NCBI GenBank assembly: GCA_002189035.1
Contig: NEEC01000002.1
Coordinates: 6,076,001 to 6,140,000 of the forward strand
DNA length: 64,000 nt
DNA from: Utricularia gibba
Lineage: Eukaryota; Plantae; Magnoliophyta
Direction: 5' to 3'
Under the pieces are notes generated by a model. That model searched no databases. It saw only the letters and a list, made by a program, of their open reading frames with translations, and was not told where the DNA came from. The position numbers and the translations under genes were made by a program. Each line of letters opens with the position of its first letter. Position 1 is the stretch's first letter. Positions 35,905 through 46,793 of the stretch are shown here, piece after piece.

Positions 35905-38900
35905 CTTCACAACATCACTCCTTTGAACCTGGAAATGCAGAAACATAGCCTAAGCCAAACATGAACTTACTTCTCAAGCTGTGCAAGAGCATTTGCTAAA
36001 AGCAAATCAACGTGTTTCGAATTGTCTGAAGTTCGATGAAACAACTCCAAAGTTCACTAACGACAACTTTTAGACGTTTTACAGTAGAAGCCGGCATCCA
36101 TCTTTTTCCATCACTGTCTAATCTTATACCACAGCTGGGTTTTTGAGAGAGAGAAAGCAGAACAGAAAAGCTGTTCAATTCTAAGATTCCCATCAGAAAT
36201 CAGAAAAAACACAAAGAAAAAAACAGTGAACCATGGAAAATCGCATACCAGCAACGTTACGAAGAAAATAACCTGTTTTATCGGAGACAATGTTCACTCC
36301 AAAACGAACGTTAGACGCGTGACCAGAACCAGCTACCACCAAGAATACTAAGAACGCTAGACACGATACAGAGGAACAAAGCAAACTATTTGCAAGAGCA
36401 CCCAAGGCAAAGCAAAGTACGCTATAGACGAGGTTTTCTGCAACTCCCTTCAAGTACCGTTGAATAAAGCGCTCAACAACTGAAGACTCCCCGCACCCAC
36501 CAAAGTCTATCGCTCCCGTTCTGTGAAGCAGGGATTTGAGTGCGCAAGAACTTTGGAGGGGTTCCCTTGAATTTTCCGAGATTCAGAGGTAGAGTCGTCC
36601 AAAGCGGCCAAGAGTCTCAGGCGGAAAGATGCCCCATTCTAGTTCAAAAAAGCTTCAAACTTTTTTCCTTCTTCCTTCCCTTTTCCACATTCCCACCTCG
36701 CCCGAGACAGTCAGCCTCTGATTCCGTCTTTCTTAAGCCATCGCCTTCATGGCTGATGGCTCCACCACCCGAATGTATACAGTGGACAGCAATGAACAAG
36801 CATGCTTTGAAAATTATAAGCATTCAAAATAAAAATGATTCAAATTACGGCGTAGACATAATTTCCTACAAGATTTTTTAATAATTAAATCAAATTTAAA
36901 TTCGGATCGGAAGCAGAACCGCATGTGATTGTTCATAATTCCGAAATTTACGGAATCGACTCACTTTCAGTCGTAATAGGAACCTATAATCCTATTCGAT
37001 TTCGATTCCGATTTGCAATCGAATTCATGAATTCCGGTTCCAACTAGGGCTGGTTTCACCCGGCCTACCTCTAATGGGGACTCATGTGTAGGTTCACCAA
37101 AGATAAATCGCTAGCCCGTGGCGAGTGAACCGTCGCAAAGCAAGGAGTACTAGGGATACGAGAAGGCTGGCTTCCGGACCGCAGAAGGGTCAGGCAGGAT
37201 GACCGGAAGGACATTGGATTCGCCTGCGGCGGTGGTAGGTGTAACCAACCAAATAAATGGAAGTGAGCTCATTAATGCGTCCCCCGGGGAACCACACAGG
37301 TTCTGGGGAATCAGAAAACCCTAGATTTTGATTGGAGGGGGGGAACCCCAAATCTGGCATAGATGGGCCCCATTCATTCTGGTTAGATTTTAGTAAATTC
37401 CAAAAAAGATATGAATATTTATTGGATTAAAAAATTGTTTAATTGTGACTACTTTTTAAAAGGTTTATTTTTCACTTTGATTTTTTTTTAATTTTATACA
37501 GTTAATAATTAAATCACATTTTAAATTTTAAAATTATAATCAATTTCCATTTCGTGTGATGCCTCGTTTGAAAAAGGGCACAATTGACTTACGCGAATCG
37601 AACATCTATGGACATGGAAGAATATAAAATTAAATAGAATAATTATGTAATTATTATATTAAACTTTTTTCAAATACGATAGGGAGTTATTCATAAGAAA
37701 TTCAAGGTTAATCGTTCCTAGTTTGGAGTAATGTGATGATGAGTGACTTTATTGAAAGACATGACAAATATGGAGAAAAATTAAAATCCTAAAAATTGAG
37801 TATATGAAATATTATATAAAACGGGTATGTATCATTACAATTTTACCTTGGTGTCCACAATGCTTAGCGTACGGCCCATCTTTCACCAGGCCCAGCCTCC
37901 TGCGTGTCCGCAGGTTGCCAAATTTGGACTGATCAGAATTTAAGGAACTTTTACTACGTTTTTTTAAATTGTAATGAAATTTCGTATTTTGATTTTTTTC
38001 GAAACAGAATATTTTTGAAATTTGATTGAATTTTTTATTTTATCAAATTTAATTAATTTACTAATTAAAATTTACAAAAAAGTCAAAAAATCAATTTTGA
38101 TGTGGAATAATTATAATACAATACCAAAATGTTGAATAAGCGTTATTAAATCATCCTGCAAAAATATTATTCCTGAATTCTAGAAAATGAATGAAATAAT
38201 TCCCGGTTAATAAAAATGTTAGAATGCATAATGAGAAAAACGTGGACTGCGTGTGAGCTGGTTGCATTATTCACAACCTATTTTGTGTGCTAATAGATGG
38301 ATTTGATTACTAAATCGCCCCACGTGCGGCTAACTTCTAGGTACTTAATTTTGTCACATGGAGGGAAGCTTGGCATGTGGATTTTCAGCCTTTCTTTCTG
38401 TTTGAGATAATAATATATTATTAAAAATTATGATTCGAAGTAAAATAATATATTGTTTGAAAAAAAATGCAAGCCCAAAAATGTTAACAAATACCATAAT
38501 TACCCACATTATCTTTTTAGAATATTATCTATTTTAAATACTCAATTTTTATGATTTTATGTGTATCTTGATACTTTTTATAGTGATTACTCATTTTAGA
38601 ATTATTATAAATTAAATATATTTCATTTTAAAATTTTATGTCAAATATTACTTTAAATACTGTACATATTTTATGAGATTTAACTCACCTTAGATTACTA
38701 GTTTGGATTTGATTTTAATATTATACATTATTAGTTACGTTTTACTTGTACAATATTATTTACTTAGACATCTAATTCACGATCTTATGCTCTCATCGTC
38801 CTTGCACAAGCAACTTTTCAAATTATTCATTCTAAAACTACTATACATTAAGCATATTTAATTTTGTAGTTTTCATCCCATTATACATCAAAACATGCCA

Positions 38901-39500
38901 GAAAATTTGATCGTGTTCGAGAAAAAAATCTCATATAAGAATTTACGTGATTATTATTCTTAACCTTCATAAATAATTATCAATACACATTAGTCTACGG
39001 TTATGCATAATATGAGTTAATTTTGTATAAGTTGATATAAAAAAAATAACTACTAATATTATTGGTTTTTGTGTTCCGTATATTAAATTTTAATATTTGA
39101 AAATATTTTTATTATTCTTGAATTAAACTTACACTTCCGCCCCAAATGATTACACGGACGCGGAGTTGACTAGCGGACGGGTGACGCATGGCCGGAATAT
39201 TCTTTTTTAAACCCAGTGTCTATCCTCAGCGTGAGCCGGTTCAGATCTGTGTGTTTGAAGATGGTGATCACGTAGTAAAACTCCAATAAACTGAGGGTTG
39301 AAAAGATGTCTGTGGGCGGATCCGATGTAGCATCCATTTTGGTCATAATTAGCAACCCCACCTAAGGACACTTGTGTCTCCACACGTCCTTCGCAGTTTC
39401 TTTTCTCAAATACGCGTAGATCTAATGATCGATTACCGAGTAGGTAAAAAGATAATTTATATAAAGTAACTTTCTTTAATTTTGTATCAAATATTTTGTC

Positions 39501-39798
39501 TAAAAGCATATTTATTAATTTCGAAAAATATTGATGTGGCACTTTCAAAAATGAATAAATATTTTTAAAAATAAGTTGTTTCTTATTTCTTTAGAAAACG
39601 TAAATACGGAAACTCAGTAAAAAAAACTTTCGTAAATGGTTTAAAATATAGTTTATAATATTTATTTTAATATTATTTGAACATTAAAATTTCTGAAAAT
39701 AAATATAAATGTAAAGTAAATTTTATAAAGTAAACTTAATAAATCAATTTTCAAAAATATCATGTCATTGTTTTTGGAAATTGGTAAATATGCTCTAA
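39501..39798. mobile_element. Probable AT-rich MITE with ~40-bp imperfect TIRs
   Basis: AAAGCATATTTATTAATTTCGAAAAATATTGATGTGG is an imperfect reverse complement of CATGTCATTGTTTTTGGAAATTGGTAAATATGCTCTA. Confidence 0.5.
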
Positions 39799-40589
39799 CA
39801 AAAAACGTAAAAGTAAAGATTGATTACCGAAAATGAAACTTCACAAGAACAATCGTTAAATAATACTAATGGGATGGTTTTTTATATTATTTATTTGATA
39901 GGTGTAAAAGTCGCGCAAACGCATGAAACTGGTGAGGGATCGTTCTGGCGTAAGTTTCAGATTTTCTTCGGGTTTATTTAATGGGAATGGAAAATAAATA
40001 TAACAAATAAGCAGCTCGATCTGTTCTCGGACGAGTATAAGTGGATGCTCGTCGTTCCGCCTGCAGCCTCAGCTCCCCTTGATTTCTCCGGCAACCGGAG
40101 ACAAATTGGGATCCGGACGCCGTTGCTCGTACTCGTAACATCTGAATCTGCGGAGAGTTGATTTGCATTAAGGTGTGCTTTTTGATCCGTTGTTGTTTTG
40201 GCGGGGTTATTTTGTGATCCGAGTACTAGGTCAACTGGGAATAATGTCACTCCGCGTTGGAATGATTATTCGGTCGCCTGATCTGGCAATTGAGATTTCA
40301 TTCAACAGGCGTGCTGGTTGCGTTGGTGGGAATAGCTTGTAGGGTTGGTTGCGTGCGGGTACCTGGTTTTTTTCTATGGGATCTGTGTTTGGTAGTGTGA
40401 TTGGCGTGAGTTCGAGGGGTTTGCGTCTGTAAAGGTGGGGTTTTTTTCGCACGGAATGAGTATCTGAATATCGTAAATGTTTTGAAGCCTGATTGATTGG
40501 GGGAAGTTAGTTTTTTTATGCCTTTGCTCATCTTGCATTGTAGGTCGACCGTCTAAAGCCCTAAACTTGCTGCGTATTTGACTGGGCTG

Positions 40590-43500
40590 ATGAAGAACGG
40601 GATGATAGAGTGCAGTGTCTGTCATTCCATGCTCGTAGCGCCTTCTGCTAAGACTGTTTCCCGAGCTTATGATCAGCATAGGAATAAAGCATCATCGAAA
40701 CAAAGAGCTCTCAATTTCTTATTAGTGTTTGGTGATTGTGTCTTAGTTGGTTTGCAGGTGTAGTGTGTTGCGGAATTTATTTTATTGTCCATATTTTCTG
40801 CTAACAGAGCATTGTCCTCTGGTATCCGTAACTTTTAATGCTTCAATCCCACTCTATGTCCTCGCAGCCAATTTTGGTTTTCATGTCCAAGGTGGATGGA
40901 CGCTTCAAGTTTAGCCCTATTAGCGTCAACTTTTTGACAGAGGTTGCAAAAGTTACCTTTGCTATTGTAATGCTTATGCTCCAGGTGAGTTTGTTCTTTA
41001 AGTCTTTTTAAATTATCTCTATTTTTCTTTTAATCTTTTTGCGAGATTCCGGGGACACACTAACGAAGATTAAATTTTTGCTTAAAAAAGCTACAACAGT
41101 GAAAGATATGGTTCTTGAGATACTAAGGATTTTAAAGCAAAAACTTGGGTTATCTAACAGCTAGTGATGATCATTTTCCTTGTGTTCTGAATCGTCAATA
41201 GGGAGTGAAATGTTGGTCACTGGATTGACGCATTTTTTTGCAGGCTAGGCGGCAGAAAGTTGGTGAAAAGCCTATTCTGTCTTTTTCTACATTTATTCAG
41301 GTGCGTCTTCAGATCATCCAGCATGCAAAGATTTTCATGAGTAATTGTAATATACCTGTCCAAATTCTTAGTGATAGAAATTGTATAGTGCCATTATTGA
41401 TTTATTCTCGGGAAAAGAAGTTTCTGTTTCTGTTCTGTTATTTCTAACTTTAGTTTTTAGAGTTGCTTTAGTTTTTAGAGTTGTTTTAAAGCCTGGGTTG
41501 CTGCTTGAGAGAGTACTTGAGACTGGCATCATGTTTTTGGATACAATGGCTGCTCTATGGGAAATTTAAATAACGGTGTTTGGTTTTTATTTTAAGCAGG
41601 CTGCTCGAAACAATGTGCTTCTTGCGGTTCCAGCCCTTCTATATGCTGTTAATAATTACTTAAAATTCATTATGCAGGTATACTTTTGTCTTTCCCTCAT
41701 TTCTCATCCCCCTTTCAGCTATGCGTTCATGCTAAATCATTACTGAACTCCATTTACCGCAATACTGAAGATATTTCTTTCTTACAACGCCTTTTTATTC
41801 ATTCCAGTTGTATTTCAATCCTGCAACTGTGAAAATGTTGAGCAACCTTAAGGTACGTTGCTCCATTTTATTTTGTTGTATTTTCTTTCATCTACTGATT
41901 TTGAGATCTTTTTTCTTCTATTAACATTTTTCGTCATCGTACAGGTTTTGGTCATTGCTGTACTTCTGAAGGTCATAATGAAAAGGAGATTTTCAGTAAT
42001 TCAGGTGAGGTTCAATTTCTTTAATATACCAAACTGGAAATGAAGAATGAAATAAATGAAACTTAAAAAGATTCTTGAGGAATTGGAAAATAACAACCTG
42101 CCATCATTAAGTGGTTTTGCAATGAAACGGTTTTGATGATTATGTTTTCAACAGTGGGAGGCTCTTGCTTTGTTGCTGATCGGCATTACAATAAATCAAC
42201 TTAAATCTTCCCCAGAGGGTACCAGTGCTTTGGGTCTTCCTCCTTCAACCGGTGCATATGTATACACATTGATCTTCGTAAGTGAGAGCCAAGTCACTTT
42301 TCATTTTATCTGTTCTTTTGTTCAAGTTTTACTGTTCATTCCCTTTTGAGTGGTGCTCTTATCTTTATCAAACAATGTAGGTGACTGTTCCCTCTATGGC
42401 TTCTGTATTCAATGAATATGCACTGAAAAGCCAATATGACACCAGCATTTATCTTCAGGTGATTCGGTGTTGTCAAATATTACTTTTTTTTTGCCGTCAC
42501 TTTACACAAGTTTTTGCACTGCTCTGACGATTGAAGTTCCATGTTCTCGTATGATTTTTGCAGAACTTATTCTTATATGGTTATGGCGCCATATTCAACT
42601 TCCTTGGAATTCTAGTTACTGCCATAATTCAAGGTATTCAAGTAGTTTAGTCTAAGCTCCCTTTTATTATTCTGTTGCCCAGACGCTTGCTGGAATATGT
42701 GCTTGTGGTTTGTGCTTGAGGATGTATGAATTGCTGTTTCAGGTCCGAGTAGTTTCAATATATTGGAAGGACATTCAAAGGCTACAATGCTTTTGATTTG
42801 CAATAATGCTGCCCAGGGGATCCTGTCTTCCTTCTTCTTCAAATATGCAGGTGACAGCATCTCATTCGGAGTTGTGAGCTGGCTGCGTAGTTTATCTGTT
42901 ACTACTTTTTCAATTGAATACCTGCTTCAAGATTTTCTACTGATGACAGATACAATTTTGAAGAAGTACTCATCGACCGTTGCCACAATCTTTACTGGAA
43001 TTGCCTCGGCCGCATTATTTGGTCACACTTTGACCATTAACTTTATTTTAGGGATCACAGTAGTATTTATTTCAATGCATCAGGTACCCCTATCGTGACA
43101 TGTGTGTATGTGTCTGATACATTTTTGTATAGTATGCTGATATCTGTTATTTCTTGATCCATTTTTAGTTCTTTTCTCCTCTTTCCAAAGTTAAGGATGA
43201 CAATCAAAATGCAGTTTTTGACAAAAGTTCAAAGGATGACCGCAGGTAATTCTTTTCCATCAATAATTGATGCAATAATCATCTGTCCTACTGTTATTTA
43301 TTGCTTTTGATTTACGGTAAATTCTCTTTTAATGATCTCTCATTTAAATTTTAAGCCTGCTTCTCAAATTTAGTCTGTGTGCTCGTTTTTTCTATTGCTC
43401 GGTAGATATTTCAAGATCACATTTCCTTTATGCAATTTAAGTAGTACACTTTTTTGCATAATCAATTGCTAATACACCGCTTATGCTCCTTTACAACCTC

Positions 43501-43675
43501 CTAGGTTACGGGAATCATCCTTCATAAATATTGCTGCTGGAGCAAATGAGGATGTAAGATCTATCATATTCATTATACAATGTGACAGCTGCCTTATTTT
43601 AACTCTCGTTTTTTGCTTTTTATAGGCGAATCACCACGTGGTTCTGATGAAGGGAAACCTCTTCTTCCCACCTGA
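40590..43675 (+). CDS. CSTLP: CMP-sialic acid transporter-like nucleotide-sugar transporter (CSTLP2/4-like), 14 exons
   Basis: [13 protein letters not shown]...GDCVLVGLQ|[11 protein letters not shown]...|[16 protein letters not shown]...|[15 protein letters not shown]|...[16 protein letters not shown]|NLFLYGYG...|[16 protein letters not shown]; all GT-AG. Last exon 43626-43675 has an apparent 1-bp deletion. Confidence 0.93.
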
Positions 43676-44627
43676 AGCTCAGTGTAGGTTTTCTAATTCC
43701 CCAAGTCCCTTGAATTCACACATGCATGCCCCCGCAACCCTCCACCCTCACTTTTCATCCACTGCTGTTGAGTGATGCACTTGTTTATAATGTTTTCTCT
43801 CCTGGAACTCGTGGATCATTCTTCTATTCTCCGTCAAATTCCATTACAGGTAAACAACAACATATATATATAGAGCGAGAGAGAGGGAGCAGCAGCAGCA
43901 GCACTGTCTATTAGGAACAATAAAATTGCCATCAAGATATCTAAAAACCTGAACCACAAATTACAGTAAGTACCTCTTTTTTTATTTGTTTTCCAGCCAT
44001 ATGAAAGAAGCATTGATTTTATTCTTGGAGATGGGGGAGTTGGAAATGGGAATGCATTTTTTTTGGCTGAGTAGCTATTTGTATATTGAAGACATTCAGA
44101 CTGACAGTGGCTATATTTCCGAGTTACCCCGGGATTCTCTCTGTAGCCATCGCACATTTGAACTCTCTGGTCACCATGCACTGTCTTATATTACGTGTGA
44201 TCATGATTCCTGTTATATACATGCATTTGGTTGCACTCAATGTGGCCACGTCGCTATGTTCTTAATGGCACTTGAATAGACAGACTGTGGCGGCTCGTTA
44301 TGGCTGTTTCAAAGACTAGGCTTTTCGATGCCTCAGAGAGGCATTCCAGTTTCGGCAGCATTGTCGACTGGTGTGCCACGGCTAGTTGCCCTTTCTGGTT
44401 CTGATGGGCTATTTACCAACAAAATAATTTACATCTGTAAATTTAAAAATAGTAGGAAAAAGGGTATAAAAGATCATCGTTTTACGCCACCCTTGTCGGT
44501 GACTGGTCTGGTGATCGGGCTGTTTGGGGATTCTTGAAAATTGAACCCCCTTCCGCGCTATTTTGATATACAATTCGTCGCGCTGCTCGAGGGCTCTCGT
44601 TGGGATGACGAGATTCGACTTGTCGGG

Positions 44628-46150
44628 ATGGATTCTGGGGACGATATGCACGATGCTAACGAAGTGGCGGCGAAGACAATGATAGCATGTGTGGGGCAGA
44701 TGAAGCTAGGGATGATGATGATGATTGCGGGTCTGGTGGATTTTCTGACGAGGATGAAGAAGTTATTGGGGGGACTATGACTTCATCTCGAATAATTCTG
44801 ATGATGGAGGTGATGTCTCCGGTCGGTCGCAGGTAGGATATGGTCCTTGGGCTGATTAATTTGATTTCTTGAGGAGATTCTTGTTGCAGTTATTATTTTG
44901 TATCATAAACCTGATCATGTGTGTCCTTCAGAAGAACTACTCAATCTTGAGAGAAGAGGATATACGGCAGCGGCAAGAGGAGGATGTCTCTATAATTTTC
45001 ACTTTACTTTCAATTCCAAGACCAGCAGCATGCATTCTGCTCAGACGATATAAATGGTAGTGCACTTCTTTTTTTGTTAAAGCTAGTAGTGAAGTGGTTT
45101 TTCCTCGTTTTTCTGTTGTGTGTATCTATTAATGCCTTGACTAGCCTATTTATGTGGTACATTTCTTCGTATCAACAACTTATAGTTTTATGCAGGAGTG
45201 TGAGTGATGTGCATGAAGAATGGTTTGCTGATGAAGGGGTTCGTAAAGCTGTTGGCTTGTTAGAGAAACTGACTTCAACTCCGTTTCATATTGAGGAAGT
45301 ATGTCATATTTATGACATTGCTCTGGTGCTCTCTTCGTTCCCTTAGCATGCCTCGACTTCTTAGACTTAAGTTGTACTCCACTTTATAAGGTTCTGCACC
45401 ATTTTTTGAGTGATAGACTTGGTACCATATTCTTTATTTTGGGGAGAAAGAAACTGAATATGATCAATATTTTCTGTCCTGCAGCATCCTTTACTACTGC
45501 AATCAATGATGGCCCTGGTTCCTAGATGTTGAGGTGTCCTCATCCAACCTTTGGATCAGCCGTTGGCCAGGATATGATCAATACTTCTTTGGCATCAGAA
45601 GAGGATAAGAGGAAATATAACCATTATCTTCTTAGATCTTTTGTTGAAGACAGTCGGAAGGTAAAGATTTGTTTCCCTGGATTGTGCTTTATACATAATA
45701 TTTTGCAAGTGCGTAGTAATGAGTCATTCGCTTTTACTTTTTTGGTTCATGAAATGTGGTGTTAGTGATTAGTAATTTGTGAAAATTTGAAAGTAGATTC
45801 ATCTATCAGTGAAATCCCAATTAAAATTTATCGTGGAGAGCTTCTTGTGTGTTCTTGATGTGAAACTCGTTTCCATTCCATAATTATGTCATTGCGAGTA
45901 ACTGGTTTCACTTGTTTTGCACCAGGGTAACACGCAACTACTTCGAGAACTTGGTGTGCGCTTGAAAATGGTCTATGGACGTAGATCAATCAGCAGGCAG
46001 CATCCATTAACACAGGCTCTAAAAATGTAGCTGGGAGCAGCAAGACATCATTTCCAGCCGTGAGCCATCATACTGGGTGTCCAACAGGTGCGGCTACGTC
46101 AACTCCCACCTTCAACAACATGCGATGTCTGCCACCACTTCCAGCCTGAG
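44628..46150 (+). pseudogene. ARI8: ARIADNE RBR E3 ligase (ARI8-like) pseudogene
   Basis: MDSGDDMHDAN start, acidic N-terminus with two frameshifts, KNYSILREEDIRQRQEED, VHEEWFADE, AINDGPGS*MLRCP (in-frame TAG), VTRNYFENLV, and a frameshifted RanBP2-type zinc-finger remnant. Central exons missing. Confidence 0.85.
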
Positions 46151-46793
46151 TCATCATGAGTTGGTACGTGTCTAACGCGTGTTACGTTGTCTGCACTTCA
46201 CTTTCATAAGAACTAACATGGGTTTGATTTGGCTGAGTGAACCACAGGAATAGAAATGCGCCCAAGATCACATACTGAATCATGTATCCATCTCCCTTTG
46301 GAGAACGAGTCGAGGCTTCAGGTGAATGCATTTTCTGCACCAACGAGCCATGCTGGCCACGATATCCAATTGCAGGATTGCAAAATCCAATTGGTCGCAA
46401 TCGAGAACGGGTTTCCATCTCCTGGCCGCCGGCCGGAAAAGAAAGGTTACACAATTGCCGAAAACCGCCGAGAGAGATTTTCAGAAATGGACGATCTCTG
46501 GGCCCCAAACGTCGACATCAAATTCCAAGCCATTGATACACGGTAATCTCTAAACCGCATGAATATGTTAAACGGTGACATGAAAAGAGAAATACATAAC
46601 TGAGTCGAAATGCATCAACTAGCCATTGACATATAACACACTCGTTTTATTTCCCAATGAACTTCAAACCACAGCTTCATCTGCCCTTGTGGGATCTTTA
46701 TTCGCCTTGCACCTAACCTGGAAGCAGCGACTACAGAAGAATCCTAACCTTGCAGGAACGAAGATCCACATGCTACACAACTTCATGTCTTGG

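Noticed and set aside
36193-36453. Conserved uORF or small membrane protein upstream of IQD
   Set aside because: Starts at TTG rather than ATG, with T-rich leader/intron-like composition and no recognisable family.
37050-37250. 7SL RNA or Cassandra 5S-like domain
   Set aside because: Only short scattered resemblances (GGCTGGTTTCAC, AGTACTAGG), without the order, spacing or promoter of those RNAs.
39120-39420. Small gene in the GC-richer patch (ORFs 39170-39361, 39207-39548)
   Set aside because: No recognisable motif, splice structure or good start context.
43930-44090. Two-exon mini gene (...KL|PYERSIDFILGDGG)
   Set aside because: The GTAAGT...TTCCAG intron would be only ~30 nt, too short for plant splicing, and no start or family is identifiable.
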